A stretch of 64,000 nucleotides of DNA from an uncultured Rivularia sp. (GCA_963665115.1 OY762007.1:1600001-1664000), one strand, 5' to 3'. Shown: positions 47,461 through 58,733, counted from the stretch's first letter. The notes: generated by a model from the sequence alone, not told the origin. Made by a program: numbers and translations.

Positions 47461-48618
47461 ATGACATCTGAGTTTTTGCGCGGACAAGTTCAGTTACTGT
47501 TTAAGCGTTGTAATGTATTGCGAAAACATTTACAGTTGCTAAATAATTTACCAAAGGATATGAGCTTGTATGTAAATAATTTAGATGCAGAGCTTGAGAA
47601 GTTAGCACATGACATCAAGCTAATTGTTGAAGATCCAGATTTAGGTGTTGACTATCTTTTAAATAACCAAATTAATACATTTAGACGGTATACAGAACAA
47701 GTTAACTTAATAGAAGCTTATCCACTTAACTTATTAGACCAATTCAATCAGAAGGATTTGTATTTTTACTGTTTTGCTAAATATTTTTGTCAACAAATAC
47801 AATACGGGTACGAACCACCTCTAGTCAGTACTCATAGTAATGATTATTTCTATGCATTCACAACTGCAAATATGATTAGTCTTCCCTTGTGTGAAGACGA
47901 ATTTTTACTAGCAATACCAGATTTTGTGCATGAGCTAGGACATATATTCTATGATAAAAATGAAGAAGACATTTTTAGACCATTTGCCGAAGTTATAAAT
48001 ACATATGTGCAAGAACAAAAGCAAAACTTAGCTAATCAATCTTCCTCCAAAGCTTATCAAGATTATTTAAATTTGTTAAAAAAAACTTGGCTGCAAGAGT
48101 ATATTATCGAGTTCTCTTGTGATATTTTTGCTACCTACCTTGTGGGTGATGCTTATGGTTGGTCGCATTTGAGATTGATACTTCAATCACATTCAGAAAT
48201 ATATTATCCAAGCTTTGGTGAGGAAGGAACACATCCTTCTGATGAAGCGCGAATGAGAGCAATTTTAATAACATTGAATGAACTCAGAGATTCACAGCAG
48301 GCACAAAATATTTCTCAACAGTGGCAGCAGTATAAGAAAATTGTGCTTGATTCACCTAACGAAGAATATGCATATTGCTATCCAGATAATATTTTACAAA
48401 AACTTGCTCAAAATGTAATAAATGTATGTGATAAGGTTGGACTAATCTCTTACCAGAAACAACCATCCCAAGATGGTAATCTACCCTTTTTACTGCAACA
48501 AGCATGGAAGGAATTTCATAACAACCCTACAGAGTACGCAGAGTGGGAAGAGCAAAAAGTTAAGACTCTAAAATCAATGTTATTGCCGTCAACTTCTAAC
48601 AGACCCCTGGTGACTTAG
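47461..48618 (+). CDS. Putative gluzincin (M48-like) metallopeptidase
   Basis: VHELGH, downstream EFSCD, and THPSDEAR, the order of M48 motifs; 6 bp after the previous gene. Confidence 0.75.
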   Translation: MTSEFLRGQVQLLFKRCNVLRKHLQLLNNLPKDMSLYVNNLDAELEKLAHDIKLIVEDPDLGVDYLLNNQINTFRRYTEQVNLIEAYPLNLLDQFNQKDLYFYCFAKYFCQQIQYGYEPPLVSTHSNDYFYAFTTANMISLPLCEDEFLLAIPDFVHELGHIFYDKNEEDIFRPFAEVINTYVQEQKQNLANQSSSKAYQDYLNLLKKTWLQEYIIEFSCDIFATYLVGDAYGWSHLRLILQSHSEIYYPSFGEEGTHPSDEARMRAILITLNELRDSQQAQNISQQWQQYKKIVLDSPNEEYAYCYPDNILQKLAQNVINVCDKVGLISYQKQPSQDGNLPFLLQQAWKEFHNNPTEYAEWEEQKVKTLKSMLLPSTSNRPLVT

Positions 48619-48848
48619 TAATAGATATTTTCGCGGGTTCTAATACTACTGGTAAAGTTGCCGAAGTAGAAAATCGTTTGTGGTTGGCATTTGAGGAAAA
48701 ACCAGAATATTTAGCTGCTTCAACATTCCGATTTCTCACTAAAGAAAATACCGTCGATGAAATACAAGAAATTTATAATCTCATTATGCAGGGGGAGTCA
48801 GTAAATTTGAAAAATTATCAGAAGCAAACAGTATTAAACCTTTTCTAA
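48606..48848 (+). pseudogene. C-terminal remnant of a beta-class (PvuII-like) DNA methyltransferase
   Basis: Reads [20 protein letters not shown]...LNLF*, a SAM-binding motif I, with no start or N-terminal half. Confidence 0.75.
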
Positions 48849-48892
48849 ATATAAGCGAGAAAAATAAATTTGACCAAATAGAGGAAACTTAA

Positions 48893-49699
48893 GTGCCAGT
48901 TAATGCCGACAAACCCGACTTATGGAAACAAGATATTGCTCAGTCGGTAAACTTGTACAACAACTGGTTTATGCAATTTGCTCCAGTAACATACCGCCAA
49001 ACCCGCACTCATACAACACAGCAAGTAGAATCAGCATTATCTTTTACTGCCAATTTGACTAATATTACACCTGGTACACTGCGGCAACATCCATCGGTAT
49101 TACAAATACTTCGGATGGCAACCGCACCACCAATAGCACGGGATAGACTTATTGGTTTGGCTGGTGTTTCGCCTAATTTAGTCAAAAATATGGAAGATAA
49201 GCAACGTATTCCACCAAGAATGGAAAGTACGCTTGTTGATATTGAATTGGAAAGAATTAGTCAAGTAATCGCACAGTTAATTGATAAAGGTATTTTTCCT
49301 GGTTACTCATATTTACCTGGTGGAACTAGATTAAAATTTAATAGTATTGAGCCAGGAAATTTTACATTTCGACTTAATATTCCGGTAAATTTACAATCTG
49401 GTAAAAAACAAGTTAATATTCCCGTAGATGCTGTAATTATGCCATTAAATTCATCGCCAAGTGATTTACCTTTATTAATAGAAGCAAAGTCCGCAGGAGA
49501 TTTCACAAATCCTAATAAGCGCCGCAAAGAAGAAGCAGCTAAAGTTGCACAATTAAAAAACAGTTATGGTAATAATATTCGTTTTATTCTATTCTTATGT
49601 GGATATTTTGACAGTGGATATTTAGCATATGAAGCAGCAGAAGGAATTGATTGGGTATGGGAACATCGCGTCGATGATTTAGCTTTATTTAACATATGA
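48893..49699 (+). CDS. XamI-family type II restriction endonuclease, probably with an internal deletion
   Basis: N.DKP.LWK.DI, PPIARDRLIGL, IEAKSAGDFTN.NKRRKEEA, YEAAEGIDWVWEHR. Confidence 0.8.
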   Translation: MPVNADKPDLWKQDIAQSVNLYNNWFMQFAPVTYRQTRTHTTQQVESALSFTANLTNITPGTLRQHPSVLQILRMATAPPIARDRLIGLAGVSPNLVKNMEDKQRIPPRMESTLVDIELERISQVIAQLIDKGIFPGYSYLPGGTRLKFNSIEPGNFTFRLNIPVNLQSGKKQVNIPVDAVIMPLNSSPSDLPLLIEAKSAGDFTNPNKRRKEEAAKVAQLKNSYGNNIRFILFLCGYFDSGYLAYEAAEGIDWVWEHRVDDLALFNI

Positions 49700-51252
49700 A
49701 TTTCACTAAGTTAACGGAAGAAACGAGAATACAGCGTCAAAATAAACTCGACGCGAAAAAAACTCAAACTGAACGTAATAAGCTTGGTCAATTTGCTACG
49801 CCAACAGAATTGGCGGTCGAAATTATAGAATATTCTAAGAAATTACTATCACAAAATAAAAAAATAAAATTTCTTGACCCTGCATTTGGTACTGGTGCAT
49901 TTTACTCGGCACTGCTGCAACTATTTTCTCAATCGAAAATTGAATCTGCCGTAGGGTATGAAATTGATTCACACTATGGTAATGAGGCAATTTCACTGTG
50001 GAAAAATACACCGTTAAAAATAAATATTAGTGATTTTACAAAAGCTTTACCACCTAAAAATCAAGAGGAAAAAGCTAATCTAATCATTTGTAATCCACCT
50101 TATGTCCGCCACCATCATTTAAAGCGTAGTGATAAACTAAAACTACAAAATAAAAGTCTAAAAATAGCTGGAATTAAACTAAGTCAGTTAGCAAGTTTAT
50201 ATTGCCATTTCTTGTGTATTGCAGATGCCTGGATGGCGAAAAATGGAATTGCTGGATGGCTGATACCGAGTGGATTTATGGATGTAAATTATGGACAAGA
50301 AGTAAAAGATTATTTACTTAATAATGTAACGTTAATGCGCGTTCATCGTTTTTGTCCAAATGAAGTGCAGTTTGATGATGCGTTGGTATCAAGTACAATT
50401 ATTTGGTTCAAGAAAACTTTGCCGTCACTAAATCATACAATTGAGTTTACTTATGGCGGTAGTCTTACAGCACCCAAAGAGAGAAACTTAGTTACATCTG
50501 ACACATTACGCAATACTTCCAAGTGGACTAGCATTGGATTAGTATTTAAACCTAAAAACTTCAATTCTAAACAATTTAAATTAAAAGATTTATTCAATAT
50601 TAAACGCGGATTAGCAACGGGAGCCAATAATTTTTTCATTCTAACCAGAGAACAAGTTACTGCTCATCAAATTCCTACTCAGTTTTTGAAACCAATTTTA
50701 CCAAGTCCTCGCTATTTATTAGTAGAAGAAATTGAAACTGACATACTTGGTAATCCCCTTTTAGAACAGCAGTTATTCTTACTTGATTGTAATTTGCCTT
50801 TACCTGAAATACAAAATAACTATCCTACGCTTTGGCAATATCTCCAGATAGGTGAAGACAGCGGTATTAGTTCCCGCTACTTGTGTAAACATCGCACTCC
50901 TTGGTACTCTCAAGAAAATCGCTCTCCGACTCCATTCCTCTGCACTTACATGGGACGAAGTAATAGCAGTCGCAGAAAACCGTTCCGATTTATGCTGAAT
51001 CATTCGAGTGCGATCGCCACTAATGTGTACTTGATGTTATACCCGAAACCTATTCTAAATGAAGCTTTTTCGCGTCAGCCTTCATTGAAAAAGGATGTGT
51101 GGCTTGCTTTAAAAAATATTTCCGATGAAGCTCTAATTTCTGGAGGTCGGGTGTATGGAGGTGGTTTGCACAAATTAGAACCGAAGGAATTAGGAAATGT
51201 GCTTGTTGACTTATCGTCCATTGCTTACATTGACAATAAGCTAGTTTATTAG
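49696..51252 (+). CDS. Gamma-class N6-adenine DNA methyltransferase (cognate of XamI-like REase)
   Basis: GQFATP, DPAFGTGAF, NPPY, GRVYGGGLHKLEPKEL; ATGA overlap with the REase. Confidence 0.9.
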   Translation: MNFTKLTEETRIQRQNKLDAKKTQTERNKLGQFATPTELAVEIIEYSKKLLSQNKKIKFLDPAFGTGAFYSALLQLFSQSKIESAVGYEIDSHYGNEAISLWKNTPLKINISDFTKALPPKNQEEKANLIICNPPYVRHHHLKRSDKLKLQNKSLKIAGIKLSQLASLYCHFLCIADAWMAKNGIAGWLIPSGFMDVNYGQEVKDYLLNNVTLMRVHRFCPNEVQFDDALVSSTIIWFKKTLPSLNHTIEFTYGGSLTAPKERNLVTSDTLRNTSKWTSIGLVFKPKNFNSKQFKLKDLFNIKRGLATGANNFFILTREQVTAHQIPTQFLKPILPSPRYLLVEEIETDILGNPLLEQQLFLLDCNLPLPEIQNNYPTLWQYLQIGEDSGISSRYLCKHRTPWYSQENRSPTPFLCTYMGRSNSSRRKPFRFMLNHSSAIATNVYLMLYPKPILNEAFSRQPSLKKDVWLALKNISDEALISGGRVYGGGLHKLEPKELGNVLVDLSSIAYIDNKLVY

Positions 51253-51339
51253 GTAATCTATTAAGTTTTTTCGGATGAAATAAATCCCAATCAAAATGCC
51301 GAGGCTTTTCACTCACTAATTGCCGATATTTCTACATGT

Positions 51340-51693
51340 TTAGCTTGCTGTTCGACCAGAACGAACATAGATTTGTTCTTTATCAATATCAAACAATTCC
51401 ATTTCAGTTTTGTAATCGCCGATTTTTACTTCCATATTAGAAAGCAAGTTTTCGACGTTTGGTTCATCTTTTTGATAAGGAATGTTCTCATCAATTTGAG
51501 TTCTGACAACACCAGGGATGAATTGTGTATCTATTATTGGTAATTTGTCATCAACTGCAATATCGACTAAGAAAATTTCGCACATTACAATAAAGATAAT
51601 CGCAAACAAAACAACCGGAAATAAGATATTGTTGATAGTTTGAATGGTAGTAGAAATTTCAAATGCCGAACAATCAAACAAAAATTTAAACAT
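51340..51693 (-). CDS. Hypothetical membrane protein
   Basis: One TM segment; ggagga RBS. Confidence 0.55.
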   Translation of the reverse strand: MFKFLFDCSAFEISTTIQTINNILFPVVLFAIIFIVMCEIFLVDIAVDDKLPIIDTQFIPGVVRTQIDENIPYQKDEPNVENLLSNMEVKIGDYKTEMELFDIDKEQIYVRSGRTAS

Positions 51694-51736
51694 TGTAGCT
51701 CCTCCAAATAGTTATTGGATGATTTGTAAATATCAC

Positions 51737-51766
51737 CCAGTAGTGGGGAGATTCCTCCCCGTACTG
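51737..51766. terminator. GC-rich hairpin, possible terminator
   Basis: cagtagtgggga...tccccgtactg stem. Confidence 0.4.
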
Positions 51767-51942
51767 AATGTATCTAACAAATCATGCCCATAATCCTGAA
51801 GGAAAGAGAGTTTTACTACTTTTTTGTAGCAGATAAACTAAGTTTCCCGAAATTTGCAGTGTTTTCCAAGAGATGAGTAGATAGACACCCTAAGTTATGA
51901 TAGGTTATTCTTGAATTTCTAGATTGAAGTTGGAAGTTTGAT

Positions 51943-53241
51943 TCATTGTCTGACCCTACTTTTATTAGCTTTCAACCATCCAATAAAAGTCACAAGATTA
52001 TAATTGTACTTAAGTTCTTGCGGCACAATTGATTCGTAAGGGTACACCGGAATACCATTCAATAAGAAACGGTATTGTCGTTCAATTTTTATATTGAACT
52101 TTGGGCAATTATTAACCCTAACATTAATACCCGTATCGCTAATTTCAACAGTAGCAATACCCTTCAACTGTTGAGCAAATTCATCAATTTTAGATGAATA
52201 ATCAAACTCAATTACAGTTCGTACTGAAAAATATTGAATGTAAGAAAGCAATCGAGCGTGTTCGCCCAACTCCACTAGTTTGTCTGAATCATCAAGAAGA
52301 ATTCCTGCCCACGAAAAATGAAATCTACGATTGGTGTAGTCATCCCAAAGAGTTAAAGTGCCGTCGTCATTTTTCATCAAAGTTGCTTGATTTACATCAA
52401 TGCTTTGATTCAACTGCTCAATTGTCTCTTCACGCTCGAATGGAAAATAAACCCGTTTTTGATGTTTATCGGACTGCCAATCGGGGCAAGTACAGTTAGA
52501 GTCGAACCCATATGGATGCATTCCGCAAACGATTTTATTTGCTCCATGAAAATTGCGACATCCAGCACATATTTCTAGATTAAAACTAGAGAATTCCTCA
52601 TAGGAAGATTTAAATTCTAATTGAGGACGGTAGAAATTAACAAATTCACAAACAGCATTCCAAGGGTTTGATTTTAAAGATGAAAATGCTTTTCCAATTA
52701 GCTTCTCCTCATCAAAATCGAGGTCAAATAATTCCATTAAGCTATTTTTACGACGTGAATCTAAAAAATCGTAAACAACAACTTTTCGTAATGCTTCATC
52801 TTCTATCCTTCCAACAATCAACTTCGTGTCGAGATGAGAACAACCTTCAATTCGCATTATCTGATAAAGATATAGCAAATCATTATTTTCAGTCGTTGGG
52901 ATACTCCCACTCGACTTAAATACTACGGGATTAGTATCATTAGAAGCTAAAGATTCCTGCTCATCATCCAAGTCAGCATCACTTACAATCGAAGCAACAC
53001 AAGCAGCAGCGAAAGAAGCAGATACAAATCCAACACCTCCTAGAAAGGTAGAACCCATTCCTAGATATAATGTTTGTTGAATTCGTTTATCTGGTATTGT
53101 CTTTACTCCAGCTTTTTCAAGACTAAATAAGCCAGCACCGCCAAAAACTGCTATCGCACCAACAGCAATTGCAACTAATGAAGTTGCTCCTACTGTCAGA
53201 TTAATTGCTTGAAATGCTTTGATACAAAATTTATTAAACAT
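51943..53241 (-). CDS. Membrane-anchored protein with Cys/His motif (DUF6464-like)
   Basis: Two N-terminal TM segments; CAGC..FHG...CGMHPYG...CPDW. Confidence 0.6.
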   Translation of the reverse strand: MFNKFCIKAFQAINLTVGATSLVAIAVGAIAVFGGAGLFSLEKAGVKTIPDKRIQQTLYLGMGSTFLGGVGFVSASFAAACVASIVSDADLDDEQESLASNDTNPVVFKSSGSIPTTENNDLLYLYQIMRIEGCSHLDTKLIVGRIEDEALRKVVVYDFLDSRRKNSLMELFDLDFDEEKLIGKAFSSLKSNPWNAVCEFVNFYRPQLEFKSSYEEFSSFNLEICAGCRNFHGANKIVCGMHPYGFDSNCTCPDWQSDKHQKRVYFPFEREETIEQLNQSIDVNQATLMKNDDGTLTLWDDYTNRRFHFSWAGILLDDSDKLVELGEHARLLSYIQYFSVRTVIEFDYSSKIDEFAQQLKGIATVEISDTGINVRVNNCPKFNIKIERQYRFLLNGIPVYPYESIVPQELKYNYNLVTFIGWLKANKSRVRQ

Positions 53242-53484
53242 AGTTTATCCCTCTCTAATATAGGTAACAAAAGCAAAAGTTACTCTTGCCCCGGCATATT
53301 GACAATTGGGACTTGAGGAAAACAATTAACCTACGCCTTACTCTTTGTTTTCGGAATTATTTTAATTCCGTACTAATATTTTCAGTATCGGCAATCATTT
53401 ATCCCCAATGGTAATAGCAAGAATTGAACTTACTTTATTGACACTGCAATAATTCCACCAGGAATATCACCCATTAGAAAACTT

Positions 53485-55510
53485 TCAAATATCATCTTTA
53501 TTTCGCTCTTCCAAACCAGCAATAAATTCAGTAACAATATTCCTGATTCGCCTATATTTCCTACCATCAGCACGAGATAAATTAAACACCTCTTGCAATA
53601 TTTGATGCAGTTCGTAACCTCGACTATGGAGTGAATGAATCTGAGATTTGGTTAAATCATCAAGGTTAATGTTAAAATAAAATTCTTCCTTTTGATTATT
53701 TGTAATAAGTGAATCGGTTGTAGATTTTTTTGATTTTTTAGGGAAGTTTTGATTATCAGAAGTATTTTCAATCGAAAAAGTTAAAAAATCTAACCCGGAA
53801 TCCCAACAAGAAGTTTCACTAGGGGTACTCATCGCTTGCTCAAGATAATCCCCAAAATCAGCTTTTGTACCTAAAAATAAACCTTGAAGACGCATAACAC
53901 CTTTAGGAGACTTATACAACATATCCCCACTACCTAATAAACTAGCAGCACGGTTATCGTCGGGATTACCCAAAATAATTCCACTATCTTCAGGGACGGG
54001 ATACCATGAAAGCAACTTTACCGGAACAATTTGACCGAATCAGGGGTTTAATTACATCTTTATCGGGACGTTGGGTAAACAGAAAAATATTGATTCCCGC
54101 AGCACCTGCTTTAGCTAATAGCTTCATCAAATCCATTTCAATTGAGTCTTTGTAGCTACTGTCTGAAAGTAAATCAAAACATTCATCAGTTACAGAAACT
54201 ATTCGAGGCATGGGACAATCGGGAAACATCTGATTGTACTCTTTAATATTTTCAACTCCCACCCGTTTAAATTCCTCGTAGCGAAGTTCTTGCTCTGCTA
54301 CCAAATAGTTGAAAATTTGCAGGGTGTTAGCTGCATCTTCTGCAACGGGTGCGATGAGATGGGGAAGTCCATTGAAGCAAGTCAGAGATACTAATTTAAC
54401 GTCACTCAAAGCAAGTTTGACCAAACTGGGAGGATAGCGCAGTGCCAAATACAGAACCATTGCTTTTTCAAATTGACTCTTTCCTCCACCAGTCATACCC
54501 CCTCCCAAGGTGTGATAAACATTCGAGTCGCAAAGTGAAATTTCAATATAATTGCCATCAACATCCACACCACCGGGGATAACTATTCGATTAATATTAA
54601 TCTCACTTGTTAAGTCAACGTAATCACTGAAATGAGCTATCTGTCGTTCAAGTCTGGGAATATCAAATACAACAGCACCCGGTACAACAGATATCATTGG
54701 TGGGTTTTCAAAGCTCAATTCTTCTCCCAATTGCTGAACCAAATCGCTACCAAGTCCTTGAACCTTCTTGAAGCTAACTCCTTTTTTCAATTTGATTTTG
54801 ACACGTTTGAAAGTGGGACCAACTTTAGTATCGACATAGCTACAGCTAACACCAAAATCATTGAGGGTTTCGACTAAGGTGTCACCCACCTTATGATTAA
54901 ATTTTTCTTCGACTTCGGAAATGTCTTGTTCGGTGCTACTGATTAAATTACCGTTGTAGGGGTTTGTTTTACTGTTCGGTAAAGGTAAAGATGGAATTTC
55001 TCCAGTTTTTTTAGCAACTAATTCGGCTGTTTTATAGACCAATTGCTTGAGATAAATATTTTTTGTTGAAGAAGCAAGCTTAACTAACTCTTGATAGGAT
55101 TTACTTTCTTGATATAGCTTATATAGTTCCAGAATGAAAGCATCTCTTTCATATTTACTGATGTATCGATTGATTAAAATATACCCTAATGCTAGTTTGG
55201 AGAAAGCTAAATCTTCCAAGTTTAATTCTTCCGAGCAAACATCAATTATTCGGTCACAATCAGTACCGCTTGTTACAGCTTGGTAAATAATTGCAAATAA
55301 ATAATCATGGTCGTAATTCTTGACGGGGCGAATTATTTTACTACCAAAGTCCGCTTCTTGAAGGATATTTGCCACATACAACTGCTGGTTGAAATCAAAT
55401 AATTGTTCTGCTTCTGCAAGAATATATCGGTTAGATAATCCCTGTGATTTAAGAACAGTAACAGCTTGATGAATTTCGGTGTTAGTATAATTTGACATAT
55501 TAACGAACAA
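53485..55510 (-). CDS. FtsK/SpoIIIE-family DNA translocase, frameshift near 54010
   Basis: GPTFKRVKI alpha domain, GGMTGGGKS Walker A, DVK, VTDECFDL Walker B, TQRP, AASLLGSGDML. Confidence 0.88.
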
Positions 55511-56590
55511 CCCTCCGAGACAATTGCTTTTGGTAATAGCGACTCAATTCGCTCATAGCTTTTGGATTTTGGTTGTAAGAATTGCACGGAAAAGAAGCCC
55601 AAATTTTACCAACTTTACAAGCAGCTTGAGTAAAATTGCCCGACTCAACATCAGAAATAGCCTTGTTACGACGAATATATTCAATAGCCATCCTATCTTG
55701 TGATTCGGGAGAAAAATCTGGCAGGTTTAACTTTGGCTGCAAATCCCACCAAGATTTGTCGAGCATTTGATAAGCACCAGCAGCAGTAGAACAGGTTTTC
55801 TTACCATTAATTGGGGCACATTGTTTAATTAACGGATGAGTTGAAAAATTATCAAAAGTGCCATTAAAAACTAATTGTCGATAACTTTGGATTCCACTTG
55901 TCCCCGGTTTCAGCCCAGCGAATAGTTGCTAAAAAAGCCTGCATTCGATCGAGGTGAATAGTTAGAGTTTACTTTATGCTGTTCTAAATAGGGACGTGGG
56001 TTAACTGGCTTATTATTTAACCTCACCTCGAAATGTAAATGCGGTCCTGTAGACATTCCCGTGCTTCCTATCTTGCCGATTTTTTTTCCTGCTACAACTC
56101 TTTCTCCTTGTCTTACAAAAAGCTTGCTAGCATGACCATAAAGGGTTGATTTACCAGCACCATGATTAATAATCACAGCTTTTCCATAACCACCTCTCCA
56201 ACCAGCAAACTCAACTAAACCTGCTTCAAATGCATAAATTGGAGTACCTTTAGAAGCACCAAAATCAATACCCGAATGAAACTTACGTTCCCGAGTAATA
56301 GGGTGAATTCTCCAACCAAAACCACTGGTGATAGGTGAACCTTTTATTGTGGGAAAAGCTGTACTTTTAGAATCGGTAAGCTTGTTGGTGTTTTTTGCTA
56401 ATCTTTGGAGTAACCTAATTGGTTGTTGGGATTCAACCCATTTTGAAACTTGAGGAAGTGTGATCGCCATGCTCAAAGCCAAAGTAGCAAAAGCATATCC
56501 CCAATTTCTATCGATAGACAAACCGCTACCGGACTCTTTTAAACCTACGATTTTAGTGTTGTTACTTTCAATTTCCAGTTTTATTCGCAT
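55500..56590 (-). pseudogene. M23 peptidase fused to a lambda-type lysozyme (GH104), frameshifted at the junction
   Basis: HSGIDF, YGH, STGPHLHFEV; then MQAFLATIRWAE, STAAGAYQM, DFSPESQD, WASFP; 4-bp TCGA duplication near 55946 and an extra base near 55903. Confidence 0.85.
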
Positions 56591-56825
56591 TCTGACAATT
56601 AGAATTGGTGGAACTCAGTAACTTCTCAAAATTGTTGAGAGGATTGTTGCAAATCGAATCAGTTGGTGTGGGTTTGGGTTTGGGTTGAGAAACAATCGCA
56701 GTGGAAATTGGGAATTTAATTTTTTGAGTTACATTACCCAAGTTGTAAAACTTAAGATATCCCGGTTGGAGAATATCCAGTACCCACACCAAGAAAGTCA
56801 CCCCAAAGAAAATTTTGACCAACAT
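56568..56825 (-). CDS. Small membrane-anchored hypothetical protein
   Basis: N-terminal TM, overlaps neighbours. Confidence 0.55.
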   Translation of the reverse strand: MLVKIFFGVTFLVWVLDILQPGYLKFYNLGNVTQKIKFPISTAIVSQPKPKPTPTDSICNNPLNNFEKLLSSTNSNCQNANKTGN

Positions 56826-57310
56826 TATTCCAATTGCCGAAATACAGGCATTGAAAATGAGGGTACTTCCTCTGGTACAACTTCAATCTTCTTCCCGGAA
56901 GCATAACCTGGTCCGGTATAGCTACCATTGAGTAAAAAATTAACCAACATTACAAACAACCACAACCCAACAGCAGCGACACCAATTGGAGACTTTATAC
57001 AATCGCTGAGGAAGTAGGCAGGATACCAAAGGAAACGCGCTTGGTTCTGAGGATGCAATCTATGAGCTTTCCACGTTTCTACATAGGGAATTTCAATTTG
57101 AGGGACTTTTGGTTTATAGCTCGTTTGTGAATTGACGTACCTTACTTCTACAGGTTGGGAATCAGTAGACATTGGTATTCCTGGTTGCTGATTTACTACA
57201 CCTCCTTGCTGTTGAACTTGGTTCAACATTCCCTGTAAGCGTGTGGTAGGAACAATTGCACCACCATCGGAATAGTCAATATCAACATGATTGCGACGAT
57301 TTCTGGACAT
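56825..57310 (-). CDS. Hypothetical membrane protein
   Basis: One TM segment, ggag RBS, operon position. Confidence 0.65.
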   Translation of the reverse strand: MSRNRRNHVDIDYSDGGAIVPTTRLQGMLNQVQQQGGVVNQQPGIPMSTDSQPVEVRYVNSQTSYKPKVPQIEIPYVETWKAHRLHPQNQARFLWYPAYFLSDCIKSPIGVAAVGLWLFVMLVNFLLNGSYTGPGYASGKKIEVVPEEVPSFSMPVFRQLE

Positions 57311-57319
57311 ATTTAACTC

Positions 57320-57820
57320 CTAATTTGCAGTATTATTGGGATTGGAATTATCGTCTTCCCACAAATCTTCTTGTTGAAGTTGAGAATAAAATTCTTGTGG
57401 AGATAATGTTTCAGATTCGCTCACTACATCTAAATCAGATTGATTAGATAAGGAACGAGAGGGAAAGTGAATTAAGTTATTGCTAGAAATACTATTCACA
57501 TCAGGATTAACAGGTGGAGGTAATTGAACATTATTCGAAGTTGTGGGGGCATTTGTATTTACCGAATTATCAATCATCTCATCATCTTCAATTATGTTGT
57601 TGTAATCAGAAATTCCCCAACCCAAAAAACCAGCAAAACCACCGATAAAGATGATTGCACTCATCCAATGTACGGATGAATTGGGGGACGGCATCATCTC
57701 TACCGTTGTGCGGGTTGAACCAGAAAGAGTGGTACGGATAGGAGTACGTTTAACTGCCGCTACAACGTTTAGCGAACATAAAGCTATACAAATTATTGCA
57801 GCGGCAAATTTGGCGTACAT
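57320..57820 (-). CDS. Hypothetical membrane protein
   Basis: Signal/TM segments and acidic tail. Confidence 0.65.
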   Translation of the reverse strand: MYAKFAAAIICIALCSLNVVAAVKRTPIRTTLSGSTRTTVEMMPSPNSSVHWMSAIIFIGGFAGFLGWGISDYNNIIEDDEMIDNSVNTNAPTTSNNVQLPPPVNPDVNSISSNNLIHFPSRSLSNQSDLDVVSESETLSPQEFYSQLQQEDLWEDDNSNPNNTAN

Positions 57821-57883
57821 ACTAAAGTCTCCTTGGTTTAGGATTTGAGATTACAAACATTAATTAGAGCTTCGTTTGGTTAT

Positions 57884-58720
57884 TTAAGGTTGAGTATCTT
57901 CTGGATTCGGAGTAGCTGGTCTGACTGTCTCTTTCATCTCTTGCAAATAAAGTTTTCGTTCCTCCTGTTGTTTTTTGATTTTTTCACGAATTTCTCCTAC
58001 TTGAGCTAATTGTTCAACTGGATCTGAATATCCACGGGCACGCAATAACTGCGCTTGAGCAAGGGAATATGGTTCTTGAGCATTACGGATTTGCACTAGC
58101 ATCTGATTCAAATCCACTACGGGTTGAGACTCCAGATTTTGCGCGTAATCAATTGCTTCGAGTTTCCCTAATATCATTACAGCAGCCGCACCTATAGGAA
58201 TCTTTTCTTCTACTTTCGTTCCGTCAGTTTTGCGATAACCCCAGTAAAAGGTATCATTACCAGAAGCCGCTTCTAGCAAAACGTCTAGGGAGTTGAATTT
58301 AACTATCTCTAATGCAGGCATATAATGCAAACGGTAAAAACCTGAATCTTCATCGCTCTGCATCGTAGATATTTGGCTTTTGAGTTGCTGACCCCATAAT
58401 GCTGCTGCCATTTGTCGCCAACCGCTCAAATTTGGCGTACCTTCAACAGAAGAGTAACTGGAAAGATGGTCAATGTTGTAGTCAGTTCGGGTAAGCTTTT
58501 CTAGGTAGACTTCACGTATTTGGGAAACTTGTGTCTTAGCCTGCTGTACGGCTGAAATTTGATTCCTTCCTGGTATCTGTTGCTTCCAGCCAACCATCAA
58601 AGCTACTGCACCAATTATAGAAATTGCTCCAACAGTGGAAAAAGCCGTCCACAAACCTATACTTACCCTTTTCTTCTTTTTAGTTGGCTTTTTATCTTGA
58701 ACGGGTACGGGAGTAAACAT
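57884..58720 (-). CDS. Hypothetical membrane-anchored coiled-coil protein
   Basis: Basic N-terminus, TM, C-terminal coiled coil. Confidence 0.7.
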   Translation of the reverse strand: MFTPVPVQDKKPTKKKKRVSIGLWTAFSTVGAISIIGAVALMVGWKQQIPGRNQISAVQQAKTQVSQIREVYLEKLTRTDYNIDHLSSYSSVEGTPNLSGWRQMAAALWGQQLKSQISTMQSDEDSGFYRLHYMPALEIVKFNSLDVLLEAASGNDTFYWGYRKTDGTKVEEKIPIGAAAVMILGKLEAIDYAQNLESQPVVDLNQMLVQIRNAQEPYSLAQAQLLRARGYSDPVEQLAQVGEIREKIKKQQEERKLYLQEMKETVRPATPNPEDTQP

Positions 58721-58733
58721 TGGAACTAATCAT

